From Cyanobacteria bacterium P01_F01_bin.150 (GTDB lineage: Bacteria > Cyanobacteriota > Cyanobacteriia > CAKZMO01), in NCBI GenBank assembly GCA_039189765.1, contig JBCCYL010000012.1:32001-96000 (forward strand): 64,000 bases of DNA, written 5' to 3'. Shown one piece after another: positions 8,762-17,596 of this stretch. How positions within the stretch are numbered: the first letter of the stretch is position 1; each line of letters starts with the position of its first letter. A model generated the notes under the pieces. That model did no database searches. It saw only the letters and a list, made by a program, of their open reading frames with translations, and had not been told where the DNA came from. The translations under genes were made by a program, and so were the position numbers.

Positions 8762-9598
8762 CTAAAATGGGTCATACGAAAAATCATCCCCTGGCATTAG
8801 CCTAACTTGCATCCATGGTCGCCATGCCTCAATGTTGCCACCCTTTCTATCCAAATTCTCAATCTGCCAGCGATCGCCATGAATACCCTTTTCAACATTC
8901 GCCCCAAGCTGCTTTACAAAAGGTGCAATTTCTTCTTCTGAGCAATCAACCAGAAAATCATTCAGCCAATCTATGTTAAATGGCCTAGCCTTCGATCCTG
9001 ATTCCCCGCCAATAATGGCCCAATGAATAGCACTGGTTCCGATGACAGGAGCTAGGTTAACGGCCTCCAACAATGGTTCCATGCTTAAAAACCGAGTTCT
9101 AGCAGGAATGCTGATCATTTTGGGAATAACATTGTTCGCTTCAGCCTGAGTGCAAATTGAATGACCAAACCATACATTACGAGGAAATCTTCTACGCCAT
9201 GAATCAGGAACCATATCAAGCAGCTCTGAAGATTTCATAGTATTCAATCTCTTGGTCAGCAATTGCCAATCTAAATTAGAGCATCGCTCAATCAATGACC
9301 ACAGATCATCACGCCACTCTTGAGGGACTTCAGTATCAAACACATCACATAAGCTTGCACAGAACACTTTACGCCTAACGCCTTCACGCTTTGCCTTATT
9401 GTTCCACGTGACAGGCTTCTTCCAGTTAGCCTCACTAGTTCTATGTCGTGGTTTGCCTTTTCCCCAGTCAATGCCCATAAACCTAGAAGGTGTCGCTCCT
9501 TCTGCATAGCAATGGGCACATCCAGGACTTATCTTGGTGCAACCAATCCATGGGTTGAATGTGTGGTCTGTCCACTGTATCTTCGTTGTTTCTGCCAT
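8762..9598 (-). CDS. Phage Gp37/Gp68 family (DUF5131) protein
   Basis: TKIQWTDHTFNPWIGCTKISPGCAHCYA, LLTKR, FLSMEPLL, IGGESG; start placed at MAETTK. Confidence 0.92.
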   Translation of the reverse strand: MAETTKIQWTDHTFNPWIGCTKISPGCAHCYAEGATPSRFMGIDWGKGKPRHRTSEANWKKPVTWNNKAKREGVRRKVFCASLCDVFDTEVPQEWRDDLWSLIERCSNLDWQLLTKRLNTMKSSELLDMVPDSWRRRFPRNVWFGHSICTQAEANNVIPKMISIPARTRFLSMEPLLEAVNLAPVIGTSAIHWAIIGGESGSKARPFNIDWLNDFLVDCSEEEIAPFVKQLGANVEKGIHGDRWQIENLDRKGGNIEAWRPWMQVRLMPGDDFSYDPF

Positions 9599-9620
9599 AA
9601 TTAATCCTAGATTTAGTACT

Positions 9621-9651
9621 AACCCCGTAAGCAAATAACGCTTATGGGGTT
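9621..9651. terminator. Intergenic hairpin
   Basis: AACCCCGTAAGC-N7-GCTTATGGGGTT followed by T-rich tract. Confidence 0.5.
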
Positions 9652-9676
9652 TTATTAATCAACTCAAATCTATGCC

Positions 9677-10666
9677 CTAAGCGGCTTTTACTAATTTGCT
9701 ACTTATATTAGTGGCCTTATACTGCTTTTTGCGCGGCTTTAGCTTTCGACGCTGGTGAACAAGTTCAATATCGAGATAGTAAAGATTGCATTCTGGACGA
9801 AATGTTTTGTTTGAACAAGAAAATCGTCTTTTGCAATAATCAACCATTTCAGAATCGAATTCGTTTTGATATTCACGAATACACTCTTTCCAGTCAACTG
9901 AGCCTTCACCAGTATCTTTGGCAATCTGCACCTTGATCGTGTTCGCTAACCGTCGGGCAATCGTTGAACGATGACGCCCCAGAGATTCTCCAATGCGTGA
10001 TTGGGAAGCGCCAAAAGAATGAAAGCTTGGCTTGACGAAAAGGTAACGCTTTGATCTGAAATAAGCCTGTTCAGCGAGTGCCCCCATGTAGGGGTAACCC
10101 ATCCCACCAGGAGTAGGGTTGCCACAAAACTCACTGCTACCTATTAGATCAGCATAATCTCTTGTCATGCAGGATTCCTGTTGAAAGATTTGCTCAACAG
10201 TTACCATGCTCGCCTTCTCTTGCTTCCTAAGGCTCTTCCTTCTTAGCCAAATTGTTGTATTCTGACATCGCTCTGCCGATGCTTGAGTTGCTTTGCTCAA
10301 TATGATGGGCAACTCATAAGCAAACAAGCGAAACATTGGGGGTAGGTCGTCAATCCCTAAATGATCACGCAACTTGCGGTCCGATCGATACCGCACAACA
10401 GCAACACCGCCGGACACGCTCACTTTATAGAAGCAACCCCGCTTTAGAGCCAGTGACAAGTTCTTGCGAACTGTACTAGCTGCACATCCCAAACTATCCG
10501 CTGCATGCTCCAACGAAAAAGTGGCCCAACCTGAGCCACTCCCATCAAGCATCCGAGCAAAATAATAAACCCCAGCAACACAGCCCAGCGTATCCACCAA
10601 TATCGAACTGGCGATCGCGCTGCTATTTGGGCTTAGTGTCGTCGGGGTCGGGGTCGGGTTCTTCAT
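9677..10666 (-). CDS. Putative replication initiator/HTH DNA-binding protein
   Basis: Two HTH-like segments (SLEHAADSLGCAASTVRKNL; SQSRIGESLGRHRSTIARRL) and a basic tail; downstream of a CopG-like gene. Confidence 0.5.
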   Translation of the reverse strand: MKNPTPTPTTLSPNSSAIASSILVDTLGCVAGVYYFARMLDGSGSGWATFSLEHAADSLGCAASTVRKNLSLALKRGCFYKVSVSGGVAVVRYRSDRKLRDHLGIDDLPPMFRLFAYELPIILSKATQASAERCQNTTIWLRRKSLRKQEKASMVTVEQIFQQESCMTRDYADLIGSSEFCGNPTPGGMGYPYMGALAEQAYFRSKRYLFVKPSFHSFGASQSRIGESLGRHRSTIARRLANTIKVQIAKDTGEGSVDWKECIREYQNEFDSEMVDYCKRRFSCSNKTFRPECNLYYLDIELVHQRRKLKPRKKQYKATNISSKLVKAA

Positions 10667-10886
10667 TTAGCAGTCGCTTTATAGCGTCTTCCGCCGAGAT
10701 TCCTTTTAGCCGTGCATAAGAGTCTATTTGCTCACTAATCTCTTGTCGATGAAGCTCCACCCAATCAGTCACAGCTCTGTTAATGGCGGCTGATTTTGAT
10801 TGTCCGTGCAGAGCTGCCCACAACATCAGAAAAGTGTCGTCATATTCACTAAACGGGCTTATCTGGAATCTAGGCTTTGCCATCAA
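10623..10886 (-). CDS. RHH/CopG-like regulator
   Basis: PRFQIS...WAALHGQSKSAAINRAV pattern. Confidence 0.6.
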   Translation of the reverse strand: MMAKPRFQISPFSEYDDTFLMLWAALHGQSKSAAINRAVTDWVELHRQEISEQIDSYARLKGISAEDAIKRLLNEEPDPDPDDTKPK

Positions 10887-11077
10887 CTTCTCTCCAACGA
10901 CTGATCAATTATCACATGCAGCAATAATTCCCAGCCACGAACGCACTATGAATGCAATTTGTATCGCTTTTAGATCGATATTGGATCGAAATCAATATGT
11001 TTATGTTAGCATATTGATATGGCACGTGCCACGGCACATAAACATAAGTTCCCGTAGTACATGCCAAGTGATGATGA

Positions 11078-11407
11078 TTGATATTCGATGTAAACCTAAT
11101 GACAGAGAGAGTGGAAGCTAAATTTGATGACACGCCACGGTATGGCCCCGATCAGGTGCGATGGGTGCTGTCACGTGTGAGGGGTAAAACACTGTCCGAC
11201 AGAACCTGGATGCGGTACCTGAAATATGGCCGAGTTTCTAGGGATGAGGATAAGATGTATGGCCCAAGTGAGCTAGTGCATTTGATGGATTTAGCAATAC
11301 ATCTCTTGCATGGCGGGACTTACGGCGAATTTGAAGAGATTAAATTTGGGGGCGGGCCAAAACCAGTTAACCCCGCTCAAGTAGATGTTCAATATGAGGT
11401 GATTTGA
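11078..11407 (+). CDS. HTH (MerR/excisionase-like) DNA-binding protein
   Basis: LSDRTWMRYLK...MYGPSEL; likely start at MTERVE (11099). Confidence 0.5.
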   Translation: MIFDVNLMTERVEAKFDDTPRYGPDQVRWVLSRVRGKTLSDRTWMRYLKYGRVSRDEDKMYGPSELVHLMDLAIHLLHGGTYGEFEEIKFGGGPKPVNPAQVDVQYEVI

Positions 11408-11874
11408 AGATGGCGATTAATAAAGGATTCGGTGAAGGCAACAGCGCAACAAAGCAATCTAAGACGGAGCCTAAAAGCACTTCAAAGGCTAGCTCTGAAA
11501 AGGTTTCAGCATCTGCTTTTGACATCGTTAACCAAGGTTCTCAGTCAGCCCAGATGATTGAGGGGTTGCTGCAAAATAACGGTGCAGCACTGAATGAAAG
11601 TGTTGATCGATTGGCGGATCAACGAGAGCAAGAAATAGGGATGAATATGGCCATGAGATTGCATCCTGACGTACAGGCGGCAAGGGCTTTGGGCTACGCG
11701 GTAAATTTTCTCAGCAATTGCGATCGCAGTCCCGTAGATCTTTCGCGTTTGGGGCAGTCGCAGGCGTTGCAACCTGTACAGCCCTTGCAGCTTGCATCTT
11801 TGCAGCACTTGTACGAGGCGAGAGCGTCTCACGGGAAAGCCCAGCAGATCCAGGGCAGCAGCGAACAGAAGTAG
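11404..11874 (+). CDS. Hypothetical protein
   Basis: 156-aa ORF coupled to upstream gene. Confidence 0.6.
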   Translation: MKMAINKGFGEGNSATKQSKTEPKSTSKASSEKVSASAFDIVNQGSQSAQMIEGLLQNNGAALNESVDRLADQREQEIGMNMAMRLHPDVQAARALGYAVNFLSNCDRSPVDLSRLGQSQALQPVQPLQLASLQHLYEARASHGKAQQIQGSSEQK

Positions 11875-12002
11875 AAGCAATCGCACCCGTAAAAAGGTGT
11901 GAGGCAAATAGGCATTCTGTAAATTACAGGTATCAGCTTTTGTCTTGTCGGCAGCTTGAAAAAAATAATTCCGATTTCTGGGATTCTGGGCAAAAATGAA
12001 CG

Positions 12003-12056
12003 ATGCATTGGGGGTTCCAGCCTTTTTCGATGCAGTGATGCAGTGGAAATGCAGTG
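12003..12056 (+). repeat. 8-bp direct repeats ATGCAGTG (x3, plus one 1-mismatch copy)
   Basis: Copies at 12030, 12038 and 12049; ATGCATTG at 12003. Confidence 0.7.
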
Positions 12057-12074
12057 AATTAAGGAGGTGATTTT

Positions 12075-12383
12075 GTGGTGAATCGACGCTCAATAAACGT
12101 ATTTTTAGGCGGTGTAGTTGGATGCGCGATCGCCAGTTTTGGGTACTTAGTTTGGTATATGGCAGATGATGGTGAGTTGTCTGCTCGGGGCACAAGAGAC
12201 ATGATTATTTGCATGGTCAGTGTTGGTGGGGGCGCAACGGTTGGATCTCTGATTGGCCATATAGGCACTGGGAAAAAGCTCAGCACAGAAGAAGTGGTTC
12301 GTTATTGGCTTCAACAAAATCAGACTATCTTGTCTCTCAGTCCTGAAGCGATGGCAGAGATTAAGGAGGTTGTCGATGCTTAA
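12075..12383 (+). CDS. Two-TM membrane protein
   Basis: AAGGAGG RBS; two hydrophobic segments. Confidence 0.7.
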   Translation: MVNRRSINVFLGGVVGCAIASFGYLVWYMADDGELSARGTRDMIICMVSVGGGATVGSLIGHIGTGKKLSTEEVVRYWLQQNQTILSLSPEAMAEIKEVVDA

Positions 12384-13101
12384 GGTATTAGGACTTTTTC
12401 GGCATTGGCCAATCCTTCTTTTGGCCTCGCTGCTTATTGGCTCAGCCATAAATGGGCGCAAGACTGAACAACCAACTGTTGTTAGCCCAGAGATTGATGA
12501 AAGGCTGTTGGACTACGTGGCTGAATCTGGTGAGCGTGGCAAGCAGATTGAGGAGCGCTTAAGTACAATCGAGCAAGCTGCATTGCCTACAGTCCAGCAA
12601 CAGCAAGCCGACCAAAAAGAAATTATGACAACTCTCAATGAGTTCCGTGATTTTGATAAGCACGCCTGGGGAGTTTTTGATGCCATGATCTTGGCTAAGT
12701 CCTGGGAGATGTTTGACGAAGCTGACCGCTTAGCTCGTGAGAATCATCATTCTATTGAATGGGAGATTGCAGCAAAAGCGACTAGTGTAAAGGACCAGTT
12801 ATTCGCTCTATCTAATCCTCAGCAGGGCTTGATATCAATGGCGGATGGTCCGCAAAGAGACCAGTTTAGCGATGTAGTTACAGATGCCTTGGCTCTATCT
12901 GCATTGATGGGGCAATTGATGGCTGACTCTAGCCCTAACCGAACTGAGGTTAATTCAAAAGCATTGGTTAGCGCATCTGAGTCCCTCAGTTCAGCTTTGT
13001 ATAGTACTGCTTATCGCAATATTCCACTAAGGACAGTAGGACTTCCCCAAGTTAAGCCGTTTGAAGAGCAACAGGACGAGGTGCAGAATGCCTCAAACTG
13101 A
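12370..13101 (+). CDS. Membrane-anchored coiled-coil protein
   Basis: N-terminal hydrophobic helix followed by helical Q/E-rich body. Confidence 0.7.
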   Translation: MSMLKVLGLFRHWPILLLASLLIGSAINGRKTEQPTVVSPEIDERLLDYVAESGERGKQIEERLSTIEQAALPTVQQQQADQKEIMTTLNEFRDFDKHAWGVFDAMILAKSWEMFDEADRLARENHHSIEWEIAAKATSVKDQLFALSNPQQGLISMADGPQRDQFSDVVTDALALSALMGQLMADSSPNRTEVNSKALVSASESLSSALYSTAYRNIPLRTVGLPQVKPFEEQQDEVQNASN

Positions 13102-14338
13102 AGCGAAAGTCCCTAACCCCCATTTAGCGTTGGCCTCTTTAGTTTGTAGTGCATCTGCTGCGTTGATAGGGTGGAATTCATTGGGCACCAGTTTAAACGG
13201 AATCCTTCAAGCGTCTACGTTTGCTGTCCCTCTTCATTATGTTGGAGTTGGCATTCGAAAAAAAAATCAGCTTACATGGTCTGACCATAAGGCGATCGCT
13301 CCTATGATTTGGTCTGCCCTAGTCGATGGAGCTAAAGCTGAACAGCAGTCAACAATTGCTCCGATGATTAAGGAAATGAGGGCTATTCCTGGCGTGGATC
13401 GCATAAACATCCCGTCTTTGGACTTATCTCCATTACTTAATCATTCGACAATTGTCACGGCTCCTACAGGGACAGGAAAGAGCTTTTTTATGAGTTTGTT
13501 GTTAACCGAATGGATTAAAGCAAATCCCGGATGTCCATTAAAGATTTGCACGATTGATACATTCAAACGTAATCAGACTTGGATGGGAATAGGGTTGCAG
13601 CTTTCATGGATTCAGCGAATGTACATTACTCTTGGCTATAAATACAGGGACCATGCTAAAGATTTTTCTACGGCTATTCACTTAGAGACAGTAGACGAGG
13701 TTTCTAGGCTTTATAACCTTATGCAATCTCGTTCGGAGGAAAGGGCACAAGTTGGCCCAAATGGAGAGATGGACTTAACCCCATCTCTTGTAGTCATTGA
13801 TGAACTTCCCGAATTTTTAGGGTTTCTCAATGACAAAGAAAAATTTCCGGAAGGCCCGGAAATTAGGCGTCAATTAAAAATGCTTCTAACCCGTGGTCAA
13901 GGCTGGAATTGCTTAGTTTATGGCATAGCTCAGGATGATGCAGTTGGAATGCTTGGCTTTTCTCAAGCGGAAAAGAAGCAGGTCATGTTATGCAATCTGT
14001 ATAACGAGACTGTTTCTGGCAACGGCGATCGCGCTGCACTTATTAACAGCATTAAAGGTCGTCGGTTCCTTTTGGAGCATGGGGGCAAGGGTGTAGTCAT
14101 GCCCATTCCGCATTTGGACAAAGAACCCGAAATTGACTTTTCACACTTGACAAAGGACGGCAGCTTTTACGCATGGATAGAAGAACTTAAGCCATTGATT
14201 GTCAAGTTCAAAGAGCAAGGGGCATCAATTACTGAGGTTTGGCGTGAGTTAACTAGTCGTGCTGATTTTCCTGGTAAAAAACGTAATGGAACGGACAACC
14301 CCCATTACGCGTATTTCACTGATCAAATCTGGAGATAA
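13061..14338 (+). CDS. FtsK/HerA-superfamily P-loop ATPase with N-terminal membrane anchor
   Basis: Walker A TAPTGTGKS, Walker B LVVIDE, RG arginine finger and IAQ motif; likely start MPQTEA (13088). Confidence 0.8.
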   Translation: MKSNRTRCRMPQTEAKVPNPHLALASLVCSASAALIGWNSLGTSLNGILQASTFAVPLHYVGVGIRKKNQLTWSDHKAIAPMIWSALVDGAKAEQQSTIAPMIKEMRAIPGVDRINIPSLDLSPLLNHSTIVTAPTGTGKSFFMSLLLTEWIKANPGCPLKICTIDTFKRNQTWMGIGLQLSWIQRMYITLGYKYRDHAKDFSTAIHLETVDEVSRLYNLMQSRSEERAQVGPNGEMDLTPSLVVIDELPEFLGFLNDKEKFPEGPEIRRQLKMLLTRGQGWNCLVYGIAQDDAVGMLGFSQAEKKQVMLCNLYNETVSGNGDRAALINSIKGRRFLLEHGGKGVVMPIPHLDKEPEIDFSHLTKDGSFYAWIEELKPLIVKFKEQGASITEVWRELTSRADFPGKKRNGTDNPHYAYFTDQIWR

Positions 14339-14341
14339 GTT

Positions 14342-14557
14342 ATGAAGTTGGATAAATTTTGCGTGATTTTTGTGGGCGGAGCTTTACTGCTCGGAATTAT
14401 CACCCCCGCTGATTTTACTGAAACACTGAAGGGTATGCTTTGGACTGGGTTCCAAGCAGCGGGGGTGATTGATAAGCAGGTCGAGAGCAGCAATGAAGAA
14501 GTTAAGGAGCGCGATCGCCCATGGAACCAGAAGGTCAAGGTCAACATCAACGAATAG
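14342..14557 (+). CDS. Small membrane protein
   Basis: Hydrophobic N-terminus then GIITPADF. Confidence 0.6.
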   Translation: MKLDKFCVIFVGGALLLGIITPADFTETLKGMLWTGFQAAGVIDKQVESSNEEVKERDRPWNQKVKVNINE

Positions 14558-14745
14558 AGCCTAAAACGCCTTGGTTTGTTGATCTGGAAAATACTTTGTT
14601 CTTCCTGATTGGGTTAGCGTGCTTTGTTGTCGGCTGCGACCTGATAGGCGTTAACCCAATCCATTTTATGGGGGATAAGTTAGGAGATTCGTTTGAGTTG
14701 GTGCATGGATGGGTAAAAGATTACGGAGAGGACTCAAGTGATTAG
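14521..14745 (+). CDS. Small membrane protein
   Basis: TM helix then GVNPIHF. Confidence 0.55.
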   Translation: MEPEGQGQHQRIEPKTPWFVDLENTLFFLIGLACFVVGCDLIGVNPIHFMGDKLGDSFELVHGWVKDYGEDSSD

Positions 14746-14917
14746 CTTTACCACATTGTTTTGGCGATTACTTTTACTGACCACGATCACGGGGTTTTGT
14801 GGCAAAGACCCGATTACATTTTTTGTCCACATGCCTGAAGATTTCATGGATGGGTTTAACGATCATCCCGCTGAGCTTCGGTATCGTCCCGGTTGGCAGA
14901 ATTGGGGACAGTTCTAA
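14738..14917 (+). CDS. Small membrane protein (59 aa, not in ORF track)
   Basis: GTG after GAGAGGA; VISFTTLFWRLLLLTTITGFCGKDPITFF...; stop overlaps next ATG (TAATG). Confidence 0.55.
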   Translation: MISFTTLFWRLLLLTTITGFCGKDPITFFVHMPEDFMDGFNDHPAELRYRPGWQNWGQF

Positions 14918-16263
14918 TGGAATGGGTAACGATTGATGTTCCGAATGATGTAGAAACAGGACTGACCACTAGAGAAAAGGGTGGTGGATGGGTCTGGGGT
15001 AAAGCAGGATCTCCGGAAGATCGGCAAACTGCACAGAGCAAAAAGCTTACTGAAGAGCAACGACTTCGTGATTTGGCTGAAGCCATGGGTGGGGTAGCAG
15101 CCGCAAAAGTGCAGGACGCAAAATCGGCTGCTGCTCAAAGAGCGATTAGTTTTGCGGCTGCTCCGGTGCGAAGTGTCTGGGAGGCGCATAAGCAAAATTT
15201 GCAACTCACTTGCATGGTTCTCGGGGTGATTGCTATTCATGGTTCGGTTAGCTGGATGCGCCCTGCATTGAATACTGCATTTTCAGTTGCTACGTTTGAC
15301 CCAATGGGTAGGCTTATAGATGAATTTAAGCCTGTTAGCTTTTCCAGCCAAGATACCACCCCACTGAAGAAAGGTGATCGCGTTGGTGAATTCATTGTGA
15401 CCAGTGGATTTGGCCATAGAAATGCACCTACCGCAGGAGCGTCAACATTTCATCGTGGAGTTGACCTGAATACTCCTACAGACACTCCTGTTTATGCCCC
15501 AAAAGCAGGGAATGTAGACTGTCAATACGAAGCTGAAGGTTATGGCCATTACATTAATGCGCAGTGGGGAATGATTGGCCATTTAAGCGAATGTTACGGA
15601 GGATTCAAGCAGCAGGGAGACTTGATAGGATTGACGGGCGCAACGGGGATAGGAACTGGCCCCCATGCTGACATTCGAGAGGGAGCACATCCTAATTTCA
15701 TAAACCCTACGAGGGGCTTTGTAGAGGCAGTGATGGGCATCCAATCTCAAAAAGGGGTAAATCTCACCAGTCATACAATCTCAGCCACCGCCAACACCAA
15801 AGCGTTTCTTGATGTGATCGCATGGGCCGAGGGTTCGGACTACGATACGTTAGTTGGCGGTGGGAAGATCCACGATCTGTCTCATCATCCAAATCAGCGA
15901 GTCTGGATCAACACGATTAACGATTACTCCACAGCCGCAGGCAGGTATCAGTTCATCGATACGACGTGGAATCAATATTCCAGGGATTTAGGTTTACGCG
16001 ATTTTTCTCCAGCGTCTCAAGACAAAGCAGCGATCGCCGTTCTTGCCAACAATGATGTCCCAGGGATGCTGGAGCGCGGAGCTATAGAGCAAGCTTTCTG
16101 TGCAGTGGGCAATGTATGGGCGTCGTTGCCGTGCAATAGCTATGGTCAACCTCAAGAAAACAGTGATGAGCTAGTCCAGAAATATTATGAGTTCGGTGGT
16201 GGGAGCCTGCACCCTCCTCGATCGCGCACGTTGGATTTATTGAATAGAGGAGAAAGGATTTAA
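14917..16263 (+). CDS. Membrane-anchored M23 peptidase + lambda-type lysozyme (GH104-like) fusion
   Basis: TSGFGHR...HRGVDL...GPHADI (M23); AFLDVIAWAEG...STAAGRYQF...WASLP (muramidase). Confidence 0.88.
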   Translation: MEWVTIDVPNDVETGLTTREKGGGWVWGKAGSPEDRQTAQSKKLTEEQRLRDLAEAMGGVAAAKVQDAKSAAAQRAISFAAAPVRSVWEAHKQNLQLTCMVLGVIAIHGSVSWMRPALNTAFSVATFDPMGRLIDEFKPVSFSSQDTTPLKKGDRVGEFIVTSGFGHRNAPTAGASTFHRGVDLNTPTDTPVYAPKAGNVDCQYEAEGYGHYINAQWGMIGHLSECYGGFKQQGDLIGLTGATGIGTGPHADIREGAHPNFINPTRGFVEAVMGIQSQKGVNLTSHTISATANTKAFLDVIAWAEGSDYDTLVGGGKIHDLSHHPNQRVWINTINDYSTAAGRYQFIDTTWNQYSRDLGLRDFSPASQDKAAIAVLANNDVPGMLERGAIEQAFCAVGNVWASLPCNSYGQPQENSDELVQKYYEFGGGSLHPPRSRTLDLLNRGERI

Positions 16264-16463
16264 TGGCATGGGCAAACGATTCGATTAAGCTGCCAGCAGC
16301 ACAACGTATATTTCCGAAGTTTCAGATAGAGCCACACAAGATAGACGGGAATGCCGCATTCTACACTGCTGAAGTGAATGGGCAGATGATGCAGTCTACG
16401 GCGTTAACGGTTTTGTGTGAGCGGATAGTAAAAGTATTGATGGGGGCAGAGGATGAGAATTAG
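16263..16463 (+). CDS. Small hypothetical protein
   Basis: TAATG coupling, RBS. Confidence 0.55.
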   Translation: MAWANDSIKLPAAQRIFPKFQIEPHKIDGNAAFYTAEVNGQMMQSTALTVLCERIVKVLMGAEDEN

Positions 16464-16624
16464 TTTTTGCATCAGTTGCATAGGAATTCCGTTGTTTCAA
16501 CCATTGACTCCATGGGGTAGATTACGGTTTGGCGTTAAGTGGAGGCCAGGGCATTTTTGCAAAGCTTCTCCGAAACCGTATATTTTCTTTTTTGATTCGT
16601 GGATTAAGTATAGAGGCAAAGTCC

Positions 16625-17125
16625 GTGAGCAGCGGTAAAGTGCATGACTTCGCAGGTAAGGCAACGGTAGGCGCAACACTTCCCATTGCAGTGGTTTATC
16701 TCCCCGTGGACCTAGCGATCTGCTACGGCCTGTTTAGCATATTAGGCTTTACTCACCTTGGTCCAGACCTGGACAGCAATAACTTTAGGGCCAACACCAT
16801 CCGCCGATGGGGAAGGGCAAAATGGCTGTGGTATCCGTTCAATCGGTTAGTCAGCCCTCATCGTGGCCCTACTCACGTTCCGCTGTTGGGAGCCGCTTTG
16901 GTTTTGTTTTGGCTACTGTTATTGACTGGGGCAGTTGGGCTGATTGCCGTGATGAATGGATGGGTGAGCTTGCCTAGTTTTGAGGTTCGGTGGCTGTGGT
17001 ATTTGTTTGTGGCGTTTGTAGCGGTGGCTATTCAGCATGTGGTGCACTTGGCCTTTGATGGCTACCGCTTGTGCCAAGTAGCAGTTGGAGTAGGGGGTGC
17101 GGTTGTATTAGGGATGATTTTGTAG
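16625..17125 (+). CDS. DUF2227-like putative metal-binding membrane protein
   Basis: MSSGKVHD...GPDLD...RRWG...HRGPTH...HVVHLAFD; start moved to GTG 16625. Confidence 0.8.
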   Translation: MSSGKVHDFAGKATVGATLPIAVVYLPVDLAICYGLFSILGFTHLGPDLDSNNFRANTIRRWGRAKWLWYPFNRLVSPHRGPTHVPLLGAALVLFWLLLLTGAVGLIAVMNGWVSLPSFEVRWLWYLFVAFVAVAIQHVVHLAFDGYRLCQVAVGVGGAVVLGMIL

Positions 17126-17272
17126 GGGGATGTGATAGATAAAAAGTAACTGGGCAGTATTTCATGGTGCGATCAAAATATCCGGCCACACCAGCAGAGA
17201 GGTGGCCAACATGCATGCTTCAAGGCACCCCAGGTCCGCATTTTGTAAAGTGAAGAGAGTAGGAGGGGAAAG

Positions 17273-17596
17273 GTGAGTTTTGAAACTATTTATGCATTAG
17301 CAAAGAGTCGCGGACTCAAGTTCTGTTCTTTTCGCGAGTTAGAAGATGACTTTATTTGGGTTTCGTTTGCATGGCCTGGTGGAATGAGACTTGTAAACGG
17401 AGATAATTGGCCAATTCCAGATTATCAGATAAAGAAAAGCGAATTGCTTGATTTAATGAAGCCAATGGCAGGGAGGTGGAGAGATACCGCTTTTGCAAAA
17501 AAGCTAACAGAAAAAGGGTATGCTGTTCAGCCATGGGAGATCAAGCCGATCAAAGATCCTCCTCAAACAAACTCCGCTCCGCCTTCCGCCTCCTAG
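17273..17596 (+). CDS. Hypothetical protein
   Basis: AGGAGG RBS; 107 aa. Confidence 0.55.
   Translation: MSFETIYALAKSRGLKFCSFRELEDDFIWVSFAWPGGMRLVNGDNWPIPDYQIKKSELLDLMKPMAGRWRDTAFAKKLTEKGYAVQPWEIKPIKDPPQTNSAPPSAS

Noticed and set aside
10638..10661. GTCGGG tandem repeat
   Set aside because: Low-complexity coding overlap (PDPDPD/PTPTPT) of two genes.
11718..11999. 93-aa ORF
   Set aside because: Overlaps 11404..11874 by 157 nt, has a TTG start and no RBS.
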